A DNA stretch of 64,000 nucleotides from an uncultured Pseudomonadota bacterium (GTDB taxonomy: Bacteria > Pseudomonadota > Alphaproteobacteria > Rs-D84): assembly GCA_902801125.1 (NCBI GenBank), contig CADCGT010000002.1, positions 225,157 through 289,156 on the forward strand, read 5' to 3'. The notes beneath the pieces are model-generated. The model was not told the DNA's origin. It saw only the letters and a list, made by a program, of their open reading frames with translations, and searched no databases. The position numbers were made by a program, and so were the translations under genes. Within the stretch, counting starts at the first letter, position 1; every line of letters begins with the position of its first letter. This document shows, piece by piece, positions 35,024 to 44,428 of the stretch.

Positions 35024-36280
35024 ATGACAGACGAAACAAAAACACCAGAAAAACAAAACCAGTTTTGCAGTTTCTGTGGCAAGGCCGTATATGAAGTAAA
35101 AAAATTGGTAAGCGGCCGCAATGTATGTATTTGCGACGAATGTATCGCGCTGTGCAACGACATCATGGCGGACGACATGCGAACCGCGGTCACGCGTGAC
35201 GCCGAAAAATTGCCCACCCCGCACCAGATTTATGATTTCCTTAATGAATACATCATTGGCCAAGATGTCGCAAAACGCACATTGGCGGTTGCGGTCTATA
35301 ACCATTATAAACGGCACAATGTGACATTGAATTCAAATGTAGAAATTCAAAAATCTAATGTGTTGCTGATTGGCCCAACGGGAACGGGCAAGACTTTGTT
35401 TGCACAAACGCTGGCGCGAATTTTGGATGTTCCGTTTGCGATTGCGGACGCCACCACTTTGACCGAGGCCGGATATGTCGGCGACGATGTCGAAAGTGTC
35501 CTGACCCAATTATTACACAATGCGAATTTTGATGTAGAACGCGCGCAACGCGGAATTATCTATATCGATGAAATCGACAAAATTGCACGCAAATCGGAAA
35601 ACCCGTCTTTGACACGCGATGTTTCCGGCGAAGGTGTTCAACAGGCATTATTAAAACTGGTCGAAGGCACCATTGCAAATGTTTCGGCCGGTGGCGCGGG
35701 TCGCAAACACCCGGGCGAGGCCACCGTCCGCCTTGACACATCCAAGATATTATTTATCTGTGGTGGCGCGTTTGACGGCCTGAATCGTATTATTGCGAAC
35801 CGCAAATGCGAACGCGCCGGAATTGGCTTTGGTGCCGATGTCGCATCAAAAACCGAACGCGACGCACAAAACCACATGGCGGATGTCCAGCCCCAAGATT
35901 TGGTAAAGTTTGGAATTATTCCAGAACTGATTGGACGTTTGCCGGTCGTCACGACATTGACCGAATTGGACGAAGACGCATTGGTAAAAATACTAACCGA
36001 ACCCAAGAACGCAATTGTTCGTCAATATGTTGCGATGCTGGCCATGGACGATGTAAAATTGACCGTGACCGAAGACGGCCTGCGTGAAATTGCGAAATTG
36101 GCATTGGCACGCAAAACGGGCGCACGCGGTCTGCGCAGTATTTTGGAAAATATATTATTGGAACCAATGTTCAATGCCCCGGACAAGTCGGATTTATCGG
36201 AAATTGTTATTGATAAAGATGTCGTTTTGGGTAAAAAACCACCGGTTGAAATACTTAAAACCGCCAAGAAAGCCGCATAA
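35024..36280 (+). CDS. clpX: ATP-dependent Clp protease ATP-binding subunit ClpX
   Basis: Zinc-binding CSFCGK...CICDEC, Walker [13 protein letters not shown] and [10 protein letters not shown]. Confidence 0.95.
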   Translation: MTDETKTPEKQNQFCSFCGKAVYEVKKLVSGRNVCICDECIALCNDIMADDMRTAVTRDAEKLPTPHQIYDFLNEYIIGQDVAKRTLAVAVYNHYKRHNVTLNSNVEIQKSNVLLIGPTGTGKTLFAQTLARILDVPFAIADATTLTEAGYVGDDVESVLTQLLHNANFDVERAQRGIIYIDEIDKIARKSENPSLTRDVSGEGVQQALLKLVEGTIANVSAGGAGRKHPGEATVRLDTSKILFICGGAFDGLNRIIANRKCERAGIGFGADVASKTERDAQNHMADVQPQDLVKFGIIPELIGRLPVVTTLTELDEDALVKILTEPKNAIVRQYVAMLAMDDVKLTVTEDGLREIAKLALARKTGARGLRSILENILLEPMFNAPDKSDLSEIVIDKDVVLGKKPPVEILKTAKKAA

Positions 36281-36298
36281 TTTTTATTATTTTAAAAA

Positions 36299-36320
36299 GC
36301 CCGCAAAACATTTTGCGGGC
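36299..36320. terminator. Bidirectional hairpin terminator between convergent genes
   Basis: GCCCGCAAAA-CA-TTTTGCGGGC flanked by A and T runs. Confidence 0.75.
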
Positions 36321-36326
36321 AAATTT

Positions 36327-36839
36327 TTACATGCAACTGTCATAACAGACACAACTGTTGTTTCGGCACGTCCCGCCACATCCCATACCACGGGCAGAAC
36401 AAATACTGCCACAATCTGAATTCGTACTGCAGAAACCGCCGTCGCCATAAACGGTTTTATCGGTTAAATTCCACAGGATGCACTCGCCATTTACTTCTTG
36501 ATAACATGTTTTATATGTGACCGTTGTTGTCGGCAGCATCTGAGGAATAGCAGAGGAAAAATCACTAAGTTGCCCGACGGTAAGTAGTTTATTTGCATCG
36601 GTTTGCAGATTAACCGTTTGACCCGGTTCCAAAATTGCGCGTTCACTGAATTGCGCCTGGCCATTTTGCGTGCCGTTATATGTGACGACATTTCCGGTTG
36701 TGCCGGCGGTGATTTTATCTTGTTTCAACGCATCATGATTATCAACATATGTTTTTGATGTGACGGTTGTGTCCGCAAAGACCGAATTTATCGCGATAAC
36801 CGAGGCAATCGCACCAAGTAAGAATGATTTTTTTATCAT
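36327..36839 (-). CDS. Secreted TSKxYVD-family protein with a Cys-rich C-terminal mini-domain
   Basis: Signal peptide MIKKSFLLGAIASVIAINSVFA, then TTVTSKTYVDNHDALKQDKITAG. The C-terminal CSTNSDCGSICSARGMGCGGTCRNNSCVCYDSCM is very Cys-dense. Confidence 0.8.
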   Translation of the reverse strand: MIKKSFLLGAIASVIAINSVFADTTVTSKTYVDNHDALKQDKITAGTTGNVVTYNGTQNGQAQFSERAILEPGQTVNLQTDANKLLTVGQLSDFSSAIPQMLPTTTVTYKTCYQEVNGECILWNLTDKTVYGDGGFCSTNSDCGSICSARGMGCGGTCRNNSCVCYDSCM

Positions 36840-36877
36840 ATTTTTCCCCTATATTCCTATGTAAAAAAGTGTACAAT

Positions 36878-36996
36878 AAACCAAGGTTTTTTTACGCCTG
36901 AATTTTCAAAAAACCGAAAATTGCTAACACTTTGTTTTTACACAATAAAAAATTTTTGATTTTTTGAAAAAAAGTGTTGATTTTAAACCTTGGTTT
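36878..36996. promoter_or_regulatory. Invertible-promoter-like element, copy 3 (orientation A relative to its minus-strand gene)
   Basis: The 12-bp inverted repeats sit at 36878-36889 and 36985-36996. The plus-strand interior is nearly identical to the copy 2 plus strand, yet the associated gene lies on the opposite side. Confidence 0.75.
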
Positions 36997-37015
36997 TTTT
37001 ACGCCTTGGCGCACG

Positions 37016-37044
37016 AAAAAAACCCGCGGAAATCCGCGGGTTTT
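37016..37044 (-). terminator. GC hairpin terminator preceding inverton copy 3 (follows the autotransporter gene)
   Basis: AAAAAAACCCGCGG-AAAT-CCGCGGGTTTT. Confidence 0.75.
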
Positions 37045-37061
37045 ATCAAACAAATTTCGCA

Positions 37062-40000
37062 CTAGAATTCATATCTAATTCTTGCCCGTCCGGTTTGCGA
37101 TGTGAATCCTTCGCGGATTTCGATTTCATAGTTCACCGACAAATCCAATCCACCGGCGCGGATTCCCAAACCGCCACCAAATTCCGCCCCCAGGCGCGAC
37201 AACCGCGTCCCATCAAGCGCGTATGAATCTACACCCGGCAACAATATCGTCGCAACTTGTTCATCGGACATAAAGTCATATTTCACCGCATAGCGCAATT
37301 CTGGTTTCAACATCAATCCGCGATTCAGTTTAAACCCATATGTCCAACGCGTTTCCAAAACCGCGGTCATATAGTCACTGTCTTGCAGTTTGTTTTTGAT
37401 ACCCAAAGAATTCTTGTATTCATCGGCACTGATATGCATATAGCGCACACCAACCGCCGGCGTGATTCCGCCCGCGAAATCATAACCGGTCATAACCTGG
37501 CCACCATATGAACGCACATCATAATTCGCGTCTATATTCGTTCCCAACGCAACGGCACGTTCAGAATAATCGGACATCGTATAATTTGCCATCGCATTCA
37601 CGAACCAATCGGTCGGTTTATATTGGCCATATGCGAATATGGTCGAACTGTCAACTTCGGTATCACGCGCGGTTCCCGTTATATCGGAATGTGCATAAGA
37701 ATAACCGGCACCCAACGTCAACACGCGGTTCATTGTCATATCCACACCACCGGCAACCCCACGGGTATATCCACGGAACGCATCGTTTTGTTTAGATTTG
37801 TTATAAATACCCTGGGCCCAGACACCACCGGCGGTAATATCAACATCACCACCACCACGACCCAAGGTCAACGCCGTCAAACGACCCGCCGCAAGGTTTG
37901 CAACCGTGTTCTGGACATGCATCGCGACACTTTGGACAACGGATTCTGTTTCTGGGTGAATTGCCGCGTGCGCCTGTTCAACCGCCGCCGCCGTATCCGC
38001 ATCGCCAGACGCCAATTTATCCTGAATCGCATTTGCCAAATCGTTCAATTCATCCGACGAAGAATTGACAAGGTTTGCAACCGTCGTCGCGGCCGCGGCA
38101 CTTATGCCATTTTCCGCCGCAATATCTTCGGTTGACTTCATTGTCGCGGTAATCGTGTCAAAACCTTCGTTCCATTCGTAATCAAAAACGCCAGATGATA
38201 CAGCAACATTTGCATTATCAAACACCGCGCCTTGGAAAACATTATATTCGCCCGCCGCACGCAGGTCAAAATTCAAAGTTCCCGTGCCATCAAACGAATC
38301 GGAAATATCAAAGAACGCGAATTCACTAGGATTGTTTAATGTCGCATTCAATGTTCCATCCAATGTCATTGTCGCCTGGGTAATGGATGCGGTTCCCAAA
38401 TTAAGTGTTGCACCACTTGCAACATCCAATGTCCCGTTTCCCGTCACACCGCCATCCATTGTGGTCGTGGATCCATCGACAAATGTAATCCGGCCACGAT
38501 TATAAATATCGTTTGCCGAACCGTTTGCGGTATTACCCTGAAACACATTCGTTCCTGAAAATGTTATATTGCCAGCGTAATTGGCAATGGCACCACCATT
38601 TGATTCCGCACTGTTGTTTGTAAATGCTGCACTTGTTAAATCAACATCGCCCAGGTTGAACATTGCCCCCCCTTCATCCACAGCAATATTAGAATCAAAT
38701 GTCGAGGCACCATCAATTGTCAATGTTTCTTCGTTAAATACCGCGCCACCATATACGGCCGTATTACCACTGAACGACGCGCCCTGTTCAAAAACGATGC
38801 TGTTTTGGTTATTAATTGCACCACCCTGGGTTCCCTTATCCGCACTGCTTAATGCACTATTATTTGTAAAGGTTGCCAATTTTTTGAACACGATTTCGGC
38901 GCCATATGAATTTGCAATTGCGCCACCATATGCGCCGTTACCAGAATTCAAATCGGTTGCAACATTGGAATCAAATGTGACCGCATCATTAAACGTCAAT
39001 GTGCCACTGTTATAAATTGCGCCACCTTCGACATTATAACCGGTTGCGGTATTACCACGGAATAATGTATCACCATTGACAGTCATTATACCTTGATTCC
39101 ACACAGCGCCGCCCAAGGTTGAATTATATCCATCAGAATCGTCTGTATCGGCGAATGCCTTGTTATAATAAAAATTCACATTATTTAACGTAACCAAACC
39201 GTCAACAAGTGAACTTTCATTTGCAATTGCGCCCCCCTGTAATGCCGAATTACCCTTGGTATTATCATTTACATCACCAAATGTAGTATTCGATATGACC
39301 ATTGTCACGGATGGCACATCCAAATAATCGTCATCCCCAGAATTAAATATTGCACCACCTTGGGATTCCCAGGTAATGTTTGTCGTCTTGTTGCCGGTGA
39401 ACACCGCACCATCAATTGTTGCGGTACCATAGTTGTAAATTGCGCCACCACGGGCACTCGCCACATTGGAATCAAACAGCCCACCATTAACGGTCAAATC
39501 ACCAATAGATTCGATTTCCCCATCATAGTTTAAACTAACATAATTATAAATGGCACCGCCATTTTCCGACGCCGTATTATTCTTAAATTCGTTATTGTTT
39601 ACCGTTAACACACTCTCGTTATAGATGGCACCACCATTTGATTCCGCAGCATTATTATTAAAATGCGAATTTTCCACCCACAACTTGGCGTTATTACCAA
39701 CCGAATCTGTCCAACCTTCAACAAAAATCGCCCCACCCAGATTTGCATCATTATTATTAAAGTAAGAATCATTTATATAAGCATAGCCTGCTTTTGCATC
39801 ACTATCATAGACAGAATTAAAAAATGCACCGCCACGCGTTCCTGCACTGTTGTATTCAAATGTGGAACTTAAAATATCCACCTTGGCCCCCTCAGAACTG
39901 TTTGTTCCACGGCCACTGTAATTCGTATCCAACCAATAATTAATTGGTCGGGTCGCCACCGCGCCACCGATTGTTCCGGAACTGTTGTGGCTAAAAATAC

Positions 40001-40481
40001 TTTCCGATATAACTGTCTGACTTTCGGAACCAAGAAATAATGCGCCGGCACCATCACCTAAATTGGCATAATTTGCGGTTGCCCGGTTATTCGAAAATGT
40101 GGAATTTGATACGGAACTGCCCGGGGAAAATATCGCAACCGCACCAAAATCACCGGCCGAATTATCTGTAAAACTGGAATTATCTATGGTCACCGAATAA
40201 GTTCCACCATTTTTATAGGCCGTTAAACTGTTATCATATAAAACGGCGGCGGCACCGGAACTATTACCGGAAAACTCACTGTTTTTAATAACCAATTTAT
40301 TATATGACAAAATAACGCCACCTGTACTGCTGTTTTCAATATTTGTTGCAGAAACACCATCCAAAACAGTATCTTCATTCAAAACCTGCCTTTCGGTTAT
40401 TTCTTCTGCCAACGCGGGCAACACCAATAATGCCGGCAACACAGATATACCAAACAAAATATTATGAAATGTTTTTTGCAT
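37062..40481 (-). CDS. Autotransporter with polymorphic-membrane-protein (Pmp-type GGAI/FxxN) repeats
   Basis: Signal peptide MQKTFHNILFGISVLPALLVLPALA. Contains many GGAIYN/GGAIFN/GGAIAN plus FxxN repeats. The C-terminal beta-barrel domain ends in RARIRYEF. Confidence 0.88.
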   Translation of the reverse strand: MQKTFHNILFGISVLPALLVLPALAEEITERQVLNEDTVLDGVSATNIENSSTGGVILSYNKLVIKNSEFSGNSSGAAAVLYDNSLTAYKNGGTYSVTIDNSSFTDNSAGDFGAVAIFSPGSSVSNSTFSNNRATANYANLGDGAGALFLGSESQTVISESIFSHNSSGTIGGAVATRPINYWLDTNYSGRGTNSSEGAKVDILSSTFEYNSAGTRGGAFFNSVYDSDAKAGYAYINDSYFNNNDANLGGAIFVEGWTDSVGNNAKLWVENSHFNNNAAESNGGAIYNESVLTVNNNEFKNNTASENGGAIYNYVSLNYDGEIESIGDLTVNGGLFDSNVASARGGAIYNYGTATIDGAVFTGNKTTNITWESQGGAIFNSGDDDYLDVPSVTMVISNTTFGDVNDNTKGNSALQGGAIANESSLVDGLVTLNNVNFYYNKAFADTDDSDGYNSTLGGAVWNQGIMTVNGDTLFRGNTATGYNVEGGAIYNSGTLTFNDAVTFDSNVATDLNSGNGAYGGAIANSYGAEIVFKKLATFTNNSALSSADKGTQGGAINNQNSIVFEQGASFSGNTAVYGGAVFNEETLTIDGASTFDSNIAVDEGGAMFNLGDVDLTSAAFTNNSAESNGGAIANYAGNITFSGTNVFQGNTANGSANDIYNRGRITFVDGSTTTMDGGVTGNGTLDVASGATLNLGTASITQATMTLDGTLNATLNNPSEFAFFDISDSFDGTGTLNFDLRAAGEYNVFQGAVFDNANVAVSSGVFDYEWNEGFDTITATMKSTEDIAAENGISAAAATTVANLVNSSSDELNDLANAIQDKLASGDADTAAAVEQAHAAIHPETESVVQSVAMHVQNTVANLAAGRLTALTLGRGGGDVDITAGGVWAQGIYNKSKQNDAFRGYTRGVAGGVDMTMNRVLTLGAGYSYAHSDITGTARDTEVDSSTIFAYGQYKPTDWFVNAMANYTMSDYSERAVALGTNIDANYDVRSYGGQVMTGYDFAGGITPAVGVRYMHISADEYKNSLGIKNKLQDSDYMTAVLETRWTYGFKLNRGLMLKPELRYAVKYDFMSDEQVATILLPGVDSYALDGTRLSRLGAEFGGGLGIRAGGLDLSVNYEIEIREGFTSQTGRARIRYEF

Positions 40482-40724
40482 ATAAAACTCCTTCCTTTGA
40501 TGGCTTTATTGTGCCACCATTTATAACCAAATACAACAACAAATTTTAAATATTTTCAATGTTGATTTTATACCCAGCCGCGACACAAAAATCATTCAAC
40601 CCACGGAATAAATGTTTCAGTATATTTTTCCAAGACAAAATAAAAACATCTGTAAAACATACCCCGGGCACCACCCGGGGTATTACCATAAAAAGTCCCC
40701 CCGGCAGGCAAGTTTTGAAACTAT

Positions 40725-40836
40725 TGTTGTGCAGCCTGTGCAATTCGCGAGCTGAATTACAGGAACTATTGTCCTTTGGTCTTGAAATCAAGCAAACAAA
40801 AGATAAGTTGTGTCTACAGAATCTGTATCATAAAAT
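40725..40836 (-). repeat. Terminal partial copy of the cassette-junction module
   Basis: Contains CTGTGCAATTCGCGAGC (40736-40752), which is identical to 42249-42265. Confidence 0.6.
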
Positions 40837-41397
40837 TTAAAATTTTATAAACGGTATAATCTCTGGCAATTCCGGCAAAACAAAATGTCCATATCCTGGA
40901 AAAACATGTACACGCATTGACGGAATGTTTGATATTATTTTATCATGACTTTTACCCATTTCTGATATATCATTATCAGAAACCAACAAATCAATTCCAT
41001 CGATTGTTTGGTTTGCGATATTATGCATATCAAAATCTTTATAAAACCCAAAAGGGTTCGCCCCGCCAGTATCTATCCACGGAGCAACCAACAAAATTTG
41101 CTTTACTTTCAATTCTGGGTGTGATGCCATATATTTTAATATAAATCCAGCCCCAGCCGAATGCCCTATTAAAATTGTATCGGAATTTATTTTTTGAGAA
41201 TTCATTATGTCTTCCCATTCAGAATATTTCATCATGAAAGTGTGTGCATGGGGAAATCGTGGAATCTGCATAACAATATCATGTTCTTGTTCCAGAACAA
41301 ATTGCAACCATTCTTTCCATCCTTTAGTTGGGCTGTAAGTATTTTTATTCCAATCTAAATCTGGTGGTAAAACCCCATGACAAAAAACAGCATTCAT
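40837..41397 (-). CDS. YdeN-like serine hydrolase (alpha/beta fold)
   Basis: MNAVFCHG...TILIGHSAGAGFILKY (GxSxG)...LLVAPW...GYGHF. Start at 41397 after an AAAGGAAAA RBS. Confidence 0.75.
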   Translation of the reverse strand: MNAVFCHGVLPPDLDWNKNTYSPTKGWKEWLQFVLEQEHDIVMQIPRFPHAHTFMMKYSEWEDIMNSQKINSDTILIGHSAGAGFILKYMASHPELKVKQILLVAPWIDTGGANPFGFYKDFDMHNIANQTIDGIDLLVSDNDISEMGKSHDKIISNIPSMRVHVFPGYGHFVLPELPEIIPFIKF

Positions 41398-41525
41398 TGT
41401 ATTTTCCTTTGGTTTACTTGGCACATTATATTGACATTTCAATAAAACGCAATAAAACATCCAAAAGGAGTCATAAAAATATGACAGATAAATATGATAT
41501 TGCAAAGAAAATTTTTATTAAAATG

Positions 41526-42071
41526 TTATCTTTCTTTTACATAAATCAAAGAATCACATTTACCAACACATTTTGCCCATGAAGCCATTGGTAATACTTT
41601 TTCTAATTTATACTTATTACGTTTTGCTAGATTTTCTGAATGTGTATTTCCGTTGTCTATATCCAATGTAATTTTGCCAAAACCAAATTTGAATAATTCT
41701 GTTTCTAATGCTTGCAGTGCCTCACTCATAAATCCGTTGCCATTTGCAGATTTTATCAACCAATATCCTATTTCGCACCCTTTATCTTGAATATTAAAAA
41801 AGCGAATTCGACCAATAATATTATCGTTATGGTAAATATAAAAACACATACCTTGATTGTTTTCAATTTGATTAGCGCGTTTTGTCAAATATGCCACCAC
41901 ATCATCAATGGTTTTTAATTCACCAAAATGCCCCTGCCATTCCATAAAATAATCACGATTTTGTTCAATAATCTTCAAAAGTTTTGCTGCGTTTTCTTTG
42001 GTCGGCAAAATCACACGCAACACCAATCGTGGTGTTTTGATTGTTTGCGGAAAAATTGATAAATCTTTCAT
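41526..42071 (-). CDS. GNAT-family N-acetyltransferase (RimJ/RimL-like)
   Basis: TPRLVLRVILP...IGRIRFFNIQDKGCEIGYWLIKSANGNGFMSEALQAL. Confidence 0.8.
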   Translation of the reverse strand: MKDLSIFPQTIKTPRLVLRVILPTKENAAKLLKIIEQNRDYFMEWQGHFGELKTIDDVVAYLTKRANQIENNQGMCFYIYHNDNIIGRIRFFNIQDKGCEIGYWLIKSANGNGFMSEALQALETELFKFGFGKITLDIDNGNTHSENLAKRNKYKLEKVLPMASWAKCVGKCDSLIYVKER

Positions 42072-42335
42072 AAAATTAATCCTTTTCAGAAATTATAACA
42101 TAAAAAGTTCGAAAGTGGTAATTTTTTGACATTTTCTAAAACCTAACTTTCGAACTCGACCATCACTGACAAAAAAGCTTGGATTTCCTTGAAAAAACCG
42201 TTCGATTTACTTCAAAAATCAAACGCTTGCACATCTTGGTTGCGTACCCTGTGCAATTCGCGAGCCGAGTTGTTAGAGGTAGGACGAGAGATTGATAATA
42301 AGAAAGAAAAGCTATTTATGTCTTGATTGTGTTAG
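42072..42335 (-). repeat. Cassette-junction module, copy C (tRNA-end-like core, 17-mer, inverted-repeat promoter)
   Basis: ATCTTGGTTG (42233-42242), CTGTGCAATTCGCGAGC (42249-42265) and the inverted repeat AGTTCGAAAGT / ACTTTCGAACT (42106-42116 / 42146-42156). A TATAAT reads toward gene 41526-42071. Confidence 0.75.
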
Positions 42336-43445
42336 TTTGTTGGCACCATGTTGATTTGTATATTTTAACAAAGCAACCTTAAGAGCGTCTTGACCATCTT
42401 TACACTCTATATCTGGTTTATAGCCATTCAATTCAAAATTATTAACAAACATTTCACGATATACACACCCGACATTAAATGTCATATTACTATGTGGCAA
42501 CAAGATATACGCATAATTATATCCGTATACTTCACCACCACATGTGTTTGTACCGATAAATTTTATATTTGGATAATTAAGCATCTGTGTACAGACCACT
42601 TCCCCGGCAGACATTACTTTACCATTTATTAACATGTATATTTGACCATTAAATCCTGCTTTTTTAGCATCAAATTCTGGTAAAGCGTTTTTGCTAGCAT
42701 CTTTAAAAATCACAGGATCTTCGTTTGATTCTATGTTAAATTTATTTCCATTAAAATGTTCATATAATTTTTTTACTGCATTTGCATCTGGATTATTACG
42801 TATAAAAACTCTGCGTGCTGCAGGGTAATGATATCCCAGGATATATGATGTTAATTTTATCGTTGGCCTATCACTGCCACCATCGTTATCTCGTAAATCA
42901 ATAATCAGAGTTTTTGCTTTTGGTAACATTGTTTGCCACTGTTGTTCAAATTCTTCTTTTTCTTCCGGAGTCCAATTAAACAATGTTCGAATACCGATTA
43001 TACCAATGTCATTTTTTAATTTGACAATAAACTTTTTATCACCCGCAATGTTGGAACCGACATTTGGGCGCAATTTACGCAACCTTGTTCGTACACCCTT
43101 ATCATGCCCGATCATACGAAGGCTTATATGGTTATCTGGTATGATTTCAATGGCTGGTTTTAATTTTTCCAATAATTCTAACAATGTCATATCGTGTGCA
43201 TTTTTGTGAATTTCTATCAGTATTTGCAAAATGTTGCGTTTCAGTATTTTATCATGAAAAGGCCACCCACTATATACGTTTATAAGCACACGAGCAAACA
43301 CAGATACTTCGTGTCGTACCTGTTGTGCGGTCAGTTTTGTATTTGGTGATTTTGCCTTTGTATCACCAGCCGCCACCAAATCGGTAGTTTTGGAATCTTG
43401 TAATAAAAAGTCTTCCATTTCCTTAATTGACGGTATTTTGACCAT
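42312..43445 (-). CDS. Peptidase S41-family (C-terminal processing peptidase-like) protein
   Basis: LIIDLRDNDGGS...INGKVMSAGEVV matches the S41 catalytic-region pattern. Confidence 0.65.
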   Translation of the reverse strand: MVKIPSIKEMEDFLLQDSKTTDLVAAGDTKAKSPNTKLTAQQVRHEVSVFARVLINVYSGWPFHDKILKRNILQILIEIHKNAHDMTLLELLEKLKPAIEIIPDNHISLRMIGHDKGVRTRLRKLRPNVGSNIAGDKKFIVKLKNDIGIIGIRTLFNWTPEEKEEFEQQWQTMLPKAKTLIIDLRDNDGGSDRPTIKLTSYILGYHYPAARRVFIRNNPDANAVKKLYEHFNGNKFNIESNEDPVIFKDASKNALPEFDAKKAGFNGQIYMLINGKVMSAGEVVCTQMLNYPNIKFIGTNTCGGEVYGYNYAYILLPHSNMTFNVGCVYREMFVNNFELNGYKPDIECKDGQDALKVALLKYTNQHGANKLTQSRHK

Positions 43446-43685
43446 AAATAATCCTTTTTACGAATTATATCATAAAAAGTTCAAAAGTGGCGAAAATTTT
43501 CCGATTTTTTAAATTTAACTTTCGAACTTTTTGTAGGTATTGCGAATCTAACAAAAAACCGCCCTTACGGACGGTTTTGTAAATCTTGGTTGTGCTATCT
43601 GTGCAATTCGCGAACTGATATAATCAAAATCGGGCGAGAGATTGATGAAGTGAAAGATAAACTATTTCTGTTTTGATTGTGTTTT
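43446..43685 (-). repeat. Cassette-junction module, copy B
   Basis: ATCTTGGTTG (43583-43592), CTGTGCAATTCGCGAAC (43599-43615), the hairpin AAAACCGCCCTTACGGACGGTTTT and the inverted repeat AAAGTTCAAAAGT / ACTTTCGAACTTT (43476-43488 / 43518-43530). Confidence 0.75.
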
Positions 43686-44297
43686 TAATAGCCATTCTGG
43701 TGGTTCTGGTAAACTGAAATTTTTTCCATCCCATTGCAATTTTATATATTCTGCATTTGGCATACTACTAAAATTAAACTTAGTAAAACGCCGAACGAAA
43801 ACACTAATTACGCCCGCATGTGTTGCAATTCCGACTGTATTAGCATCCGTATTTTTAGCAATATTCGTTATTGTGTCACAGACACGCTGAACGAACATAT
43901 TATCGCTTTCACCATTTTCCGGCGCATAATCACCATTAAATAAAAGAGCCGCAGGCATATCTATCTTTTCTTTGGTCAAATCAACAAATGTATCTGCGGG
44001 CGCATCGGTAAGGTTCATTATCTTGCCACACAGTACCCCAAGATTCCTTTCGCGTAACCCCGGGTCTGTTATAATTTTCACCTTTCTGTCACCCAAAACA
44101 ATTTTTGCAGTATCCAAAGCTCTGGATAATGTTGAACTATATATACAATCAAATTGTACATTTGATAAATTTTTGGCCAAAGCCTGCGCTTGTGCAATTC
44201 CATTATTGTTTAGTGGTATATCCAAGAAACTTTGAACTCTCTTTTCTACATTGTAATCAGTCTGACCATGTCTAAATATATAGAAATCCTGTTTCAT
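43662..44297 (-). CDS. Histidine phosphatase family protein (phosphoglycerate-mutase-like)
   Basis: FYIFRHGQTDYN (RHG motif)...SSTLSRALDTAKIV...GIATHAGV. ATG at 44297 after an AAGGTGG RBS. Confidence 0.8.
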   Translation of the reverse strand: MKQDFYIFRHGQTDYNVEKRVQSFLDIPLNNNGIAQAQALAKNLSNVQFDCIYSSTLSRALDTAKIVLGDRKVKIITDPGLRERNLGVLCGKIMNLTDAPADTFVDLTKEKIDMPAALLFNGDYAPENGESDNMFVQRVCDTITNIAKNTDANTVGIATHAGVISVFVRRFTKFNFSSMPNAEYIKLQWDGKNFSLPEPPEWLLKTQSKQK

Positions 44298-44428
44298 ATA
44301 AACCACCTTTGATATAAACAGTTCGAAAACGCCAAAAATTTGATATCTTTCAGACTTAAACTTTCGAACTCAGTGAAACACTCGCTCTTCTAACACAAAC
44401 CCGCTTTTATCGGCGGGTTTGTCTATCT
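44298..44428 (-). repeat. Cassette-junction module, copy A (adjacent to the intact tRNA-Gln)
   Basis: The hairpin AAACCCGCTTTTATCGGCGGGTTT sits directly next to the tRNA 3' end. The inverted repeat AGTTCGAAAAC / AACTTTCGAACT is at 44320-44330 / 44359-44370. Confidence 0.7.

Noticed and set aside
40546-40840. Small ORFs 40546-40791 (minus) and 40559-40840 (plus) in the spacer upstream of the autotransporter gene.
   Set aside because: They overlap each other and the partial cassette-junction repeat and hairpin (40659-40683). No RBS or recognisable motif is present, so I treat the region as non-coding.
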